Assembly (NCBI RefSeq): GCF_030028105.1
Contig: NC_092396.1
Location: 45,074,068-45,138,067 of the forward strand
Direction: 5' to 3'
From: Mobula birostris
Lineage: Eukaryota
Length of the DNA: 64,000 nucleotides
Shown: piece after piece, positions 1 through 12,645 of the stretch
Numbering within the stretch: position 1 is the first letter of the stretch
Layout of the letters: every line of letters starts with the position of its first letter
Position numbers and translations under genes: made by a program
Notes under the pieces: generated by a model
Seen by the model: only the letters and a program-made list of their open reading frames with translations
Database searches by the model: none
Told to the model about the DNA's origin: nothing

Positions 1-1431
1 AAAATCACATTAATCTTCTCCTCTGTTCCTACTCTGTCATTATTTCTTGCCACTGTTACACTCTGCAACGTCTCAAACCAGCCTTTGTAAAAGCTGGCTG
101 CCATGAGTTGTCCTCCCTTCTGCAGAGATCCCAAGTTCAAACCCAAAATATCAATACTTTATGCAGCACATGCCTGTGCTCTTTATAAACCAGAGCATAA
201 ACCCAGTGCCTTCTGTGCCTAATACAGGTGAAATTAAATGGAAAATGAATAGGACACCATGTGTTTATACAAAAACAGTACGACTTTAAAAAGAATATCA
301 GAATCCTTTGGTAGATTTTGGGTTATACATTACAGAGGAGAGATCAGAATCAAAGGAGATTTACTTGTGGCATCAGAGCACTACACATCAGCCAGTCTGC
401 CAGCTCCCTGCTGGGCGGCCAGCCCATAAGCTCCCCGTAGAGCGGTCAGTTCATAAACTGCCCACTGACGAGTCAGGTCGTGAACTCCAGTCTCCGTGTG
501 AATCAGTGAAAGTATACAGTGAACATCAGGTGAATAACGGACTTTATGAAGTAATTAAGCTGAAGCACCTCAGATCACAGACGTGCAGAAGTCTCCCATA
601 TCCAGCCCTGACAGGCTACCTTAACCCAGATAACTAAGCCTCTGTTTTGAAAACTTCAAATTGCTGTAATCCCAAAACAGAGCAATTCCTAATCAAGATA
701 AACTGCAAGTCTGTAAATAAACTAAATTAACTCAGATTCAAAGTAAGACTGTTTGTGTTTTTTAGCCTGAAAAACCTTGCAGAAAGCGGTTTAACGGGGT
801 TAATTTAGGTTGGTCATTGAGCTGCAGTCCGTCATTGGGTGATGTTCATTTGTTCTCCTCAGAGTTTTCATCACAGCTCCAAGAACCTCTGCTGCATGTA
901 TTGCAGTTCCAGGGTCAAACAACAGTTTGAAGGGTAAAGTGTTGAATTGCCAATAAAATGAAACCGAATTAGTCTGCAGGCACTTAGCATGATTTTTATT
1001 GATTTTTCCTCCACGGTTTGCTGAGTTCATTTGCTTTATAAACTCAACATCAAACCCTCACACGACCACCCCCTCATGACCTTCTCCCTCTGAGTCCCCA
1101 AGAGGCTAGGACACCACATATTGCGACTCCTCATTGCCCTCCTGTAGCCACGCTTGGTCTCTGAACTAGTATGATTGGTCTCAAAGTCTGACTACTTCTA
1201 AAGGGCCAATTTCAAAAGTTTCATGACCAGTCTCAGGCAGTCCTGTTATCGTCACACAGCTCTTATGCATTTTTACCATCTCACTTTGATTTACCGATAA
1301 TTGATGACTACAGCCTACTGCTTTCACGGCCATTATTGTGAGGCTATGGAATGAATCTGAATTTGAACTGATCTCTTCCTCAATGCTGGGAAATGTAGTC
1401 CAGCTCTTGCTATTTTTAGGGACAGGAATTA

Positions 1432-1775
1432 CAAGCATATGGAGAAGCACAGACATATTAGGGGTAGTCAGAATGGCTTTGTGAGGGGCAGTTCAAAGCC
1501 AGCACGGTAGCATAGCGGTTGGCACAACACTATCACAGCCTGCGGCGGAGTTCGGAGATCAATCCTGGTGCCCTCTATAAGGAGACTCTCTCGTACACCT
1601 ACACCCTCCCTGTGGAATGTGTGGGTTTTCTCCAGGTGCTCTGGTTTCCTCCCACAGTCCATGCCTCAGGAGCCTGAGTTTTTCAAGGTGGTAACAAAAT
1701 TAATTGATGAAGGTAGAGTAGTAGATGTTGTGCATATGGGTTTTAGGAAGCTGTTTTACAAAGGTCCCCATGGTA
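1432..1775 (+). mobile_element. CR1 LINE RT fragment interrupted by a V-SINE
   Basis: SQ(H/N)GFV-like sequence at about 1465-1490 resumes as EFFKVVTKLIDEGRVVDVVHMGF...PHGR after the SINE. Confidence 0.75.
1498..1660 (+). mobile_element. tRNA-derived V-SINE (HE1-like), partial
   Basis: tRNA-like head gcacggtagcatagcggttggcac and V-domain-like gggttttctccaggtgctctggtttcctcccacagtcc. Confidence 0.7.
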
Positions 1776-2035
1776 GAGCAGTCAATGCAGGGTGTATAGA
1801 TTTTAGTAAGGTGATTAACGAGGTTTCTTATGGTAGCATGCTGGATGTGGTGCATGTAGATTTGAGTAAGGCTTTTGACGAGGTTCTTCATGGTAGAGCA
1901 GTCAATGCGGGGTGTATGATTAACACCTTACTAAAATCCATATGCACTGCTTCAACTGCTCTACCATGCAGAACCTTGTCAAAGATGTTACTAAAATCCA
2001 TACACCCCGCATTGACTGCTCTACCATGAAGAACC
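1715..2035. repeat. 60-bp tandem array derived from a CR1 RT motif, followed by inverted copies
   Basis: About 3.4 plus-strand units translate as 20-aa repeats of the AVDVVYMDFSKAFDKVPHGR motif. About 2 inverted units follow. Perfect 37-bp inverted repeat at 1882-1918 / 1999-2035. Confidence 0.85.
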
Positions 2036-2140
2036 AAAGGTCATCCAGCTGCGGTTCCAGATCCCTAATACGGTCTTCAAGGAGCTGCAGCTGGATGCAC
2101 TTCACACAGATGTGGTTCCCTGGGAGATGCTGGTATGAAG
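2036..2140 (-). mobile_element. CR1 ORF1 N-terminal fragment (Zn finger / coiled coil)
   Basis: LPGNHICVKCIQLQLLEDRIRDLEPQLDDL, homologous to the CR1 ORF1 start at about 14100-14280. Confidence 0.75.
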
Positions 2141-3899
2141 AACACACCAGCTATTTACTACACTAGGTACCACAAGAGAAAAATGGAGGTGGAATCAGGA
2201 CAAGTAAAGCACCAAATTATATTAATAGACTCCAGCAACTAGCTTCTTCTCCCTGTGTCACCAGGATTTGGGTAGAGGTAGTCTTCTCTTCTGCTCTGAA
2301 CACTTAGTCAGCTGCAATACAGTTAAAGTATTCCTGAAGCTAACTCAAGTCTCTGTACAATTGCACTCATTACTTTAAAATGAAGCTACTTAATGTGAGG
2401 AATATTACTTTATATATGGGAGGAGGCAGAGACGCCTGCTAATGACCACAGAGAGGACAATAACCACTGCCCCAAAATTATGAAATATGAAAGCCCCTGG
2501 GGTACAGAAATAGACTTCAAGCTCTTCTGCGATATGAATTCGAGAGATGCATTCCTTCAAGCCCATCTCAACCATCGATAACACCTAACTCCTCATCACT
2601 CAGCTCTCATGCATTAGATACTAATATGCTACAGAACATCGCAACCATTGCCTTCTTTGTCTTTAAACCTTAAATCCTTTTCTATTTGGAAGCTCTCAGG
2701 TAAGTTTTCCACATCGCTCACACACACCGTCAATAAGCCTCATCATCAGCTGCACACTTCAATGTGCTAACCCCACCGCTCACACTCACCTCTGGGACAG
2801 CAACATTGAATGTACTGCATTTGGTCTGTGCTGAGGAGCCTGGATAAAGTGAGTACTTTAAGATGTTGAAAGGAAGGCATGCCGAAGGATAGGTATCAGA
2901 GCGATGGGTATAATTCACTGATGATGCAGTACATTAAAATCAACAAGGCCTTGAAAGCGTACATCTGGTGAGGACTATATGCTGACTTGCAAACCCTTAT
3001 CAAAACCCTGAGAAAAGACAGCACGCAAGTTTGATGTATTCAAGATTTTATTTGAAAGAGAACACGGATGTGGAGAAAGCTAACAAGGAGCACGAGGCGG
3101 GAACAGTGGTGAGATCAAAGCATACATCAACGTTTTCCATCTTCAGCACAATATAAACATTCATTTGGATGTATGCTTCCAGAAAACAATCATTTCCCAA
3201 CAAGATTATAGTCTGGGATAATGTTTCAACTATAAAATTGAATTGTGAAACAACATGAATAAAATTAAATGGTGATTGCAACATATTAACAATTAACCCA
3301 CATAATTATCAGCAACACAGCTGGCAGAGTTTAGTTCAAAGGCATGGGGTGTAAAGCAACTCAAGCTGCTCCAGACTGAAAGGACAACTGATAATATCCG
3401 GTTTCACTCAGAACACACCACTCACATCAAAGGATGAGGATGCTGCCTGCAGAATGATTACTTTGATAAGTAGCCGAAACATCCCAAAGTATACCCGTTG
3501 TATTCTTCCCTGTAATTACTCTGCATGACAGTGCACCGGAGCATCATCAACCTTGCCAGCATCAGGGCTCAAGCTACTGGGGCTGGAGAGTGTACGGGTT
3601 GGTTTGCAGAGGCCAGATGATAAGCTCTCCCAAACTATCTGTCTGTTAGACTGTGCCTCAAGATTGAGGATGACTTATGCCCACTCCAGATTCTGTAGAT
3701 TCTGAGGTGACTGATGTGCAACAGGTGAGACAGGAGGCAGACAGGGTGAGTCCAGTTGGGGAATTGCATTGTTATCATGATAGGACATAACCCAGCCAAT
3801 GTTTGCAAAGAGTACATCGGGGTTAGAGGATATTGAAACTTTGGGCATGTTCCTTTGTAAATAATCTTTTAGACTGACGGGCAGAGAGATGTGCAGCAT

Positions 3900-6800
3900 G
3901 TAATCTCATTTGTTGTATAATATCAAATCTGTTGGAATTCTTGAGGAAATAACAGACAGAAAAGGCGAAGAAAAGTCAGTGGATATTGTGTACTTGAATT
4001 TTTAGAAGGCTGTTGACAAGATGCCACACATGAGGCTGCTAAAAAAAGATGGTTATGAAGGGCTGCTGGTCAGATTGAAGCTGAGGGGCTTCAGGGTCCC
4101 TATGCCCACCATCCTACTAGCTAATGTGCAAGCCATAGAGAACAAGGTGGATGATCTTAAAGAGAGACTCACCTACTGCAGGGAGATGCAGAACTGCTGT
4201 GTATTCTGTTTCACTGAGACCTGGCTCTCCCCTGCCACCCCCGAATGTGCCATCCGACCAGAGGGATTTTCGATCCATCAGATGGACCGCACGGCGTCTT
4301 CGGGCAAGATGAGGGGAGGTGGTGTCTGCCTACTGATCAACACTGGGTGGTGCTCGGACACAGTGGCACTGACAAGCTCCTGCAGCCCGGACCTGGAACA
4401 CCTGTCGGTGAAGTGTCGTCTCTACCATCTGCGACGGGAATTCACCTTGGTCATACTGACAGCGGTCTACATTCCCTTCCAGGCGGACGAGGAGTGTGCT
4501 CTGAACATACTGTATGCCAACATCAGTGAACTTGAGACCAGGTATCCGGAGGCTTTGCTCATTACAGCCGGGGACTTTAACCAGGCCAACCTCAGAAAGG
4601 TGCTGCCAAAGTTATACCAACATGTCTCCTGCCCCACTAGAGGCCCGAATATACTTGACCACTGCTACACAGCAGTCAAGGATGCCTACCGTTCCGTCCC
4701 ACGACCTCACTTCGGAAAATCAGACCATCAGGCCATATTCCTCCTCCCGGCTTACAAACAGAAACTGAAGTTGGAGGTCACGGTGTCAAAAGTAGTGTCG
4801 TGTTGGACGGAGGAAATAGATGAGGTCCTCCGTGACTGCTTTGAATCGGTGGACTGGTTAGTATTCAAGGACCCGGCAGCTAACCTCGATGAGTATGCCT
4901 CAGTTATCACAGACTTTATTTGGAAATGCACGGAGGACTGTGTGTCTCGCAAGACGATCCGGGTATTCCCTAACCGGAAACCTTGGATGAATTATGAGGT
5001 CAAGTCTCTTTTAAAGGCTAGAGCTGCAGCTTTTAGGTCCGGGGATACCAGTCGCTGCACAGAATCCAGGCGTGAACTCCGGAAAGCCATTAAGGGCGCC
5101 AAGAGTGAATATCGAGCCAAGTTGGAAGCTCAGGCTAGCCAAAGGGATGCCAGTAGACTATGGCAGGGTCTAAATGAGATCACGGGGTGCAAAGAAAAGG
5201 CTGGGAATATCAATAACTGTGGCGCTTCTCTTCCTGACAAACTTAACGTATTCTATGCAAGATTCGAACAGAAGAGGAGCGTCCCACTCCCTCTGGATGA
5301 ACCGAACCTGGTGGCATCGAGATTCATCGTCACTGAGGAGGACGTTAGAAGGGCCTTCCTGAAGATAAATCCAAGGAAGGCGTCGGGCCCAGATGGCGTC
5401 CCAGGACGGGTTCTTCGGGCCTGTGCAAGCGAGCTAGCTGGAGTGTTTTAAGAAGGCAACGATAATCCCAGTGTCGAAAAAGAGCAAGGTGGCATGCCTG
5501 AATGACTATTGACCTGTGGCTCTGACATCAATTGCTATGAAGTGCTTCGAGAGATTGGTTATGGCACACATCAACCACAGCCTACCGGTCAACCTCGACG
5601 CTTTGTAATTCGCCTACCGGAGCAACAGGTCAATGGCAGATGCCGTCTCTCTGGCCCTACATTCCTCCTTAGAACACCTGGAGAATAAAGATGCATACGT
5701 AAGTCTCCTTTTCATTGACTACAGCTCTGTCTTTAATACTATCATTCCAAATAGACTGATTCCTAAGCTCCGGAACCTGGGCCTTAGCACTCAGATCTGC
5801 AGCTGGATCTTCAACTTCCTCACAGACAGGACCCAGGCTGTAAAAATAGGGGACAAGCTCTCCTCTACAATCACTCTGGGCATCGGTGCCCCACAAGGCT
5901 GTGTGCTCAGCCCCCTGCTGTACTCACTGTACACCCATGATTGTGTAGCCAAGTTTCCATCAAACTCAATATATAAGTTTGCTAATGACACAACAATTGA
6001 AGGCCGTATCTCGGGTAACGATGAGTTTGAGTACAAAGAGGAAATTAAGAACCTGGTGGCATGGTGCGAAGACAATAACCTATCCCTCAACGTCAGCAAG
6101 ATGAAGGGATTGGTTGTTGACTTCAGAAGGAGTAGCGGACCGCACGACCCAATTTACATCGGTGGTGCGCAAGTGGAACAGGTCAAAAGCTTTAAGTTCC
6201 TCGGGGTCAATATCACAAATGACCTGACTTGGTCCAACCAAGCAGAGTTCACTACCAAGAAGGCCCACCAGCGCCTTTACTTCCTGAGAAGACCAAAAAA
6301 ATTAGGCCTGTCCCCTAAAACCCTCATTAATTTTTATAGATGCACTACAGAAAGCATTCTTCTAGGGTGCATCACAACCTGATATGGAAGTTGTCCTGTC
6401 CAGGACCGAAAGAAGCTGCAGAAGATCGTGAACACGGCGCAGCCCATCACACAAACCAATCTTCCGTCCGTGGACTCACTTTACACCGCACGCTGTCAGA
6501 GCAGAGCTGCCAGGAATATCAAGGACACGACCCATCCATCTTTTCATCCCTCTTCCCTCCAGGAGAAGGTTCAGGAGCTTGAAGACTCATACTGCCAGAT
6601 TTGGGAACAGGTTCTTTCCAACTGTGATAAGATTGCTGAACGGATCTGGGCCGCACCCTCCAAATATCTGGACCTGCCTCTCGGTTTTTTTGCACTACCT
6701 TACTTCCCATTTTTCTATTTTTTATGATTTATAATTTAAATTTTTAATATTTACTAATTTTAACTATTTTTAATATTTAGTATTTGTAATCCAGGGAGTG

Positions 6801-7060
6801 TGAAGTGCAGAATCCAATATCGCTGTGATGATTTACGTTCTAGTACCAATTGTTTGGTGACAATAAAGCATAAAGTATAAGATATAGTACGGACAGAAAC
6901 ACTGGCAGAGGCAAAAAGTGGGAATAAAGGGGGCCTTTTCCAGTTTGCTGCTGGTGACTAGTAGCACTCCGCAGGGATTGGTGTTTTCACATTGAAAAGG
7001 AAAATAGATCAGCCATAATTGAATGGCATATCCGAATTGTTGGGCCAATTGGGAAGATAC
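3900..7060 (+). mobile_element. Old CR1 fragment (about 3900-4050 and 6881-7060) hosting a Rex1 insertion
   Basis: KSVDIVYLNF*KAVDKMPHMRLL before 4050 continues as degenerate RQKVGIKG...VTS..PQG after 6880. Confidence 0.7.
4051..6880 (+). mobile_element. Rex1/Babar-clade LINE, near full-length (APE endonuclease + RT), decayed
   Basis: APE motifs ANVQAIENK, FTETWL, GGGVC, AGDFN, LDHCY and SDH in ORF 4021-5451. RT motifs [22 protein letters not shown] and FAND (FADD in the copy at 44078-44653). AT-rich 3' UTR ending (aaagtat)n. Contains stops and frameshifts. Confidence 0.9.
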
Positions 7061-8143
7061 ATACCAGGAAAGGTGGGTCGATACACAATGATTCATTATA
7101 CTGATGAAGTGTAAGTGTAAACGGAGGCAGTGCGAGATGTGTGAGAAACACCAAGTAGGAAGGAGGAAGACAAATGGGAGACCAAAAGCATATTTAAGTT
7201 AAGAACGAAAACCTAGTTTTTGTTAATAGAACAGATTAGCTTTACTTGTCACTTGTACATGGAAACATCGAAACACACAATGAAATGCGTCATTTGCATC
7301 AACAATCAACCAACAGTTGGAGGATGTGCAGGGGGCAGCCCGCACGTGTTGCTAAGCTTCCAACACCAACACAGAACGCCCACAACTTACTAACCATGTG
7401 TCTTTGGGCTGTGGGAGGAAACCAAAGCAGGTGGAGGAAACCCACAGGGCACAGGGAGAACACAAAAATTCCTTACAGAATTGAGCACCAGTCACTGGCG
7501 CTGTAAAGTATTATTGCGTAGCTCTGTTAACAATATTGGAGTTATTCTTCATCTACACTGCAAAAGCATTTATTTAAGGTAAGTAGTTTATACCTCAGAA
7601 ACTTAAATCTTCAATAAAATTTCTTTTTGAATAACTTTGATGTTCACTTCAGTTTCATTTGCAAGGTAACATCAGGCCGATCACAGACACAAAAATATTC
7701 ATTCAATAAAGATTACAATCAAAATGCTATCACAAATTCAGATATTCATTGTCAAGCACTGTGCAACTCCGAGCACCAAGACAATGAAATCCCCATCAGG
7801 TGCAGATTACTTAAACCTAGACCAAGCTAAACAAAGATACAAGGTCTTCAGGGAGTGAAGATGGCAAGGAAATGAAAAAGATTAAACCCAAGATCCAAGG
7901 TCACGAGAACTGGATCTGTTATTTATAGAAACATAGAAAACGTACAGCACAATGCAGGCCCTTTGGCCACAATGCTGTGCCAAGCATGTATTTACTTTAG
8001 AAATTACCTAGGGTTATCTATAGCCCTCTATTTTTCTAAGTTCCATGTACCAGGAGTCTTTTAAAAGACCCTCTCATTTCCACCTCCACAACCGTCATCG
8101 GCAACCCATTCCAAGCACTCACCACTCTCTGTGTAAAAAACTT

Positions 8144-9774
8144 ATATAACCATATAACAATCACAGCACGGAAACAGGCCATCTCGGCCCTTCTAGTCCG
8201 TGCCGAACTCTTACCCTACCCTAGTCCCACCGACCTGCACTCAGCTCATAACCCTCCATTCCTTTCCTGTCCATATATCTATTCAATTTAACTTTAAACG
8301 ACAACATAGAACCTGCCTCAACCACTTCTGCTGGAAGCTCATTCCACACAGCTACCACTCTCTGCGTGAAGAAGTTCCCCCTCATGTTACTCCTAAACTT
8401 TTCTCCTCTAATTCTCAACCCATGTCCTCTTGTTTGAATCTTCCCCACTCTCAATGGATAAAGTCTAACCACGTCAACTCTATCAATCCCCCTCATAATT
8501 TTAAACACCTCTATCAAGTCCCCCCTTAACCTTCTACGCTCCAAAGAATAAAGACCTAACTTGTTCAATCTTTCTCTGTAACTTAGGAGATGAAACCCAG
8601 GAAACATCTTAGTAAACCTCCTCTGTACTCTCTCAATTTTATTGACATCTTTCCTATAATTCGGTGACCAAAACTGTACACAATACTCCAGATTTGGCCT
8701 TACCAATGCCTTATACAAATTCAACATTACATCCCAACTCCTATACTCAATGCTCTGATTAATAAAGGCCAGCAAACCAAAAGCTTTCTTCACCACCCTA
8801 CCCACATGAGATTCCATCTTCAGGGAACTATGCACCATTATTCCTAGATCCCTCTGTTCTAAAGCATTCTTTAATGCCCTACCATTTACCATGTATGTCC
8901 TATTTTGATTAGTCCTATCAAAATATAGCACCTCACATTTTTCAGCATTAAACCCCATCTGCCATCTTTCAGCCCACTCTTCTGTCCTATATCTCTCCGC
9001 AAGTTTTGAAAACTTACCTCATCATCCACAACACCACCTTCTTAGTATCATCTGCATACTTACTAATCCAAATTACTACCCCATCATCCAGATCATTAAT
9101 ATATATTACAAACAATATTGGACCCAGTACAGATCCCTGAGGCACACCGTTACACACCGTCCTCCAATCTGACACAGTTATCCACACTACTCTCTGGCGT
9201 CTCCCATCCAGCCACTGCTGAGTCCATTTTACTACTTCCATATTAATGCCTAACGATTGAACCTTTACCAACTAACCTTGTCAAAGGCCTTACTGAAGTC
9301 CATATAGACAACATCCACCGTTTTACCCTCGTCAACTTTCTTAGTAACCTCATTCAAAAAATTCAATAAAATTTGTCAAACATGACCTTCCACACACAAA
9401 TCCATGTTGACTGTTCCTAATCAGACCCTGTCTATCCAGAAAATTATATATACCATCTCTAAGAATACTTTCCATCAATTTACCCACCACTGACGTCAAA
9501 CTCACAGGCCAATAATTGCCAGGCTTACTCTTAGAACCCTTTTTAAACAATGGAACCACATGAGCAATACGCCAATCCTCTGGCACCATCTCTGTTTCTA
9601 ATGACATCTGAAATATTTCTGTCAGAGTCCCTGCTATTTCTACACTAACTTCCCTGAAACTCCTAGGGAATATCTTGTCTGGACCCGGAGACTTATCCAC
9701 TTTTATATTCCTTAAAAGTGCCAGTACTGCCTCTTCTTTAATTGTCATGCTTTCCATAACTACCCTACTTGTTT
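8144..9774 (-). mobile_element. Younger 5'-truncated CR1 inserted in the older CR1
   Basis: Has its own 3' tail (tataaccatataacaa), [10 protein letters not shown] and YADD motifs, and an intact C-terminal ORF 8221-8958. Confidence 0.85.
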
Positions 9775-11756
9775 CCCTGACATCTCCTCTGTACCTACTT
9801 CCAATCAGTTTAAAACTGTGCCATTGCAGCCCTGGGAAAAGCCTCTGACTATTCACACGATCAATGCCTCTCATCATCTTATACACCCCTATCAAGTCAT
9901 CTTTCATCCTCTGCCACTCCAAGGAGGAAAGGCCGAGTATACTCAACCTATTCTCATAAGGCATGCTCCCCAGTGCAGGTAACATCCCTGTAAATCTCCT
10001 CTGCACCCTTTCTATAGTTTCCACATCTTTCCTGTAGTGAGGCAACCAGAACTGAGCACAGTACTCCAAGTGGGGTCTGCCCAGGGTCCTATATAGCTGT
10101 AACATTACCTTTCGGCTCTTAAACTTAATCCCACAACTGATGAACGCCAATGCACTGTACGCCTTCTTAACCACAGAGTCAACCTGTACAGCAGCTTTGA
10201 GTGTCCTATGGACTCGGACCCCAAGATTCCTCTGATCCTCCACACTGCCAAGAGTCTTACCATTAATACTATATTCTGCCATCATATTTGACCTACCAAA
10301 ATGAACCACTTCACACAGATCTGGGTTGAACTCCATCTGCCGCTTCTCAGCCCAGTTTTGCATGCTGTCGATGTTCTGCTGTACCCTCTGACAGCCCTCC
10401 ACACTATCCACAACACCCCAACCTTTGTGTCGTCAGCAGATTTATTAACCCATCCCTCCACTTCCTCATCCAGGTCATTTATAAAAATTTCAAAGAGAAG
10501 GGGTCCCAGAACAGATCCCTGAGGCATACGACAGGTCACCGATCTCCATGCAGAATATGACCTGTCTACAACCACTCCTTGCCTTCTGTGGGCAAGCCAG
10601 TTCTGGATCCACAAAGCAAGGTCCCCATGGATCCCATGCCTCCTTACCTTTCTCAATAAGCCTTGCATGGGGTACTTTATGGAATACCTTGCCAAAATCT
10701 GTATACACTACATCTACTGCTCTACCGTCATCAATGTGTTTAGTCACATCCTCAAAAAATTCAATCAGGCTCGTAAGGCACAACTTGCCTTTGGTAAAGC
10801 CATGCTGACTATTCTTAATCATATCAGCCTCTCCAAATGTTTATAAATCCTGCCTCTTAAGATCTTTTCATCAACTTACCAACCTCTGAAGTAAGACTCA
10901 CTGGGCTATCTCTACTCCCTTTCTTGAATCTGTCCAACCCTCCAATCCTCTGGAACCTCTCTCATCCCCAATGATCATTGCCAGAGGCTCAGCAATCTCC
11001 TCCCTCGCCTCCCTTGCCAGAGGCTCAGCAATCTCCTCCCTAGCCTAGGGTGCATCTCCTGGAGACTTAGCCAACTTGATTCTTTCTAAAACCTCCAGCA
11101 CATCCTCTTTCTTAATACCTACATGCTCAAGCTATTCAATCCACTGCAAGTCATCCCTACAATCGCCAAGATCCTTTTCTGTAGTGAATACTGAAGCAAA
11201 GTATTCATTAAGTACCTTTGCTATCTTCTCTGCTTCCATACACACTTTTCCACTGTCACATTTGATTGGTCCTATTCTTTCACGTCTTATCCTCTTGCTC
11301 TTCACATACCTGTAGAATGCCTTGGGGTTTTCCTGAATCCAAGGCCATGTCATGGCCCCTTCTGGCTCTCCTAATTTCTTTCTTAAGCTCCTTCCTGCTA
11401 GCCTTAATCTTCTAGATCTCTATCATTACCTAGTTTTTCAAACCCTTTGTAAGTTTTCTTTTCTTCTTGACTAGATTTTCAACAGCCTTTGTACACCACG
11501 GTTCCTGTACCATACCATCCTTTCCCTGTCTCATTGGAACGTACCTATGCAGAACACCACGCAGATATCCCCTGAACATTTGCCACATTTCTGCTGTAAA
11601 TTTCCCTGAGAACATCTGTTCCCAATTTATGCTTCCAAGTTCCTGCCTGATAGCTTCATATTTCCCTTTACTCCATTTAAACATTTCCCTAACTTGTCTG
11701 TTCCTATCCCTCTCCAATGCTATGGTAAAGGAGATAGAATTGTGATCACCATCCCA

Positions 11757-12645
11757 CCACAATTGCAGGCCGAATCTCGGGTAATGATGAGTTTGAGTAC
11801 AGAGAGGAAATTAAGAACCTGATGGCATGGTGCGAAGACAATAACCTATCCCTCAACATCAGCAAGACGAAGGAATTGGTTGTTGACTTCAGAAGGAGTA
11901 GCGGACCGCACAACCCATCTTACATCGGTGGTGCGCAAGTGGAACAGGTCAAAAACTTAAGTTCCTCGGGGTCAATTTCACAAATAACCTGACTTGGTCC
12001 AACCAAGCAGAGTTCACTGCCAAGAAGGCCCACCAGCGCCTTTACTTCCTGAGAAAGCTAAAGAAATTTGGCCTGTCCCATAAAACCCTCATTAATTTTT
12101 ATAGATGCACCATAGAAAGCATTCTTCTAGGGTGCATCACAACCTGGTATGGAAGTTGTCCTGTCCAAGACCGGAAGATGATGCAGAAGATCGTGAACAC
12201 AGCCCAGCACATCACACAAACCAATCTTCCGTCCTTGGACTCACTTTACACCGCACACTGTCAGCGAAGTGCTGCCAGGATAATCAAGGACACAACCCAC
12301 CCAGCTAACGTACTTTTCGTCCCTCTTCCCTCCGGGAAAAGGCTCAGAAGCTTGAAGACTCGTACAGCCAGATTTGGGAACAGCTTCTTTCCAACTGTGA
12401 TAAGACCGCTGAACGGATCCTGACACGGATCTGGGCTGTATCCTCCAAATAACCGGACCTGCCTCTCGGTTTTTTTGCACTACCTCACTTTCGATTTTTC
12501 TATTTTCTATTTATGATTTATAATTTAAATTTTTAATATTTACTATCGATTTGTACTCCAGGGAGCGCGAAGCGCAGAATCAAATATCGCTGTGATGATT
12601 GTACTTTCTAGTATCAATTGTTTGGCGACAATAAAGTATAAAGTA
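11757..12645 (+). mobile_element. 5'-truncated Rex1/Babar copy, same family as 4051-6880
   Basis: Visibly near-identical to about 5990-6880. Ends caataaagtataaagta. Interrupts the CR1 endonuclease region. Confidence 0.9.

Noticed and set aside
308-1456. Short ORFs examined as possible SEA-domain exons
   Set aside because: No YFRALVNFT-like or other perlecan motif and no consistent splice sites.
2790-2839. 50-nt minus-strand segment with ttatccag| and |gtgagt splice-like ends
   Set aside because: Not a multiple of 3, would shift phase 1 to 0, and has no resemblance to the expected SEA exon. Likely cryptic, though a poison exon cannot be excluded.
9350-10411. 353-aa ORF with RT regions in permuted order
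   Set aside because: Chance in-frame read-through across the junction of two nested CR1 copies at about 9775.
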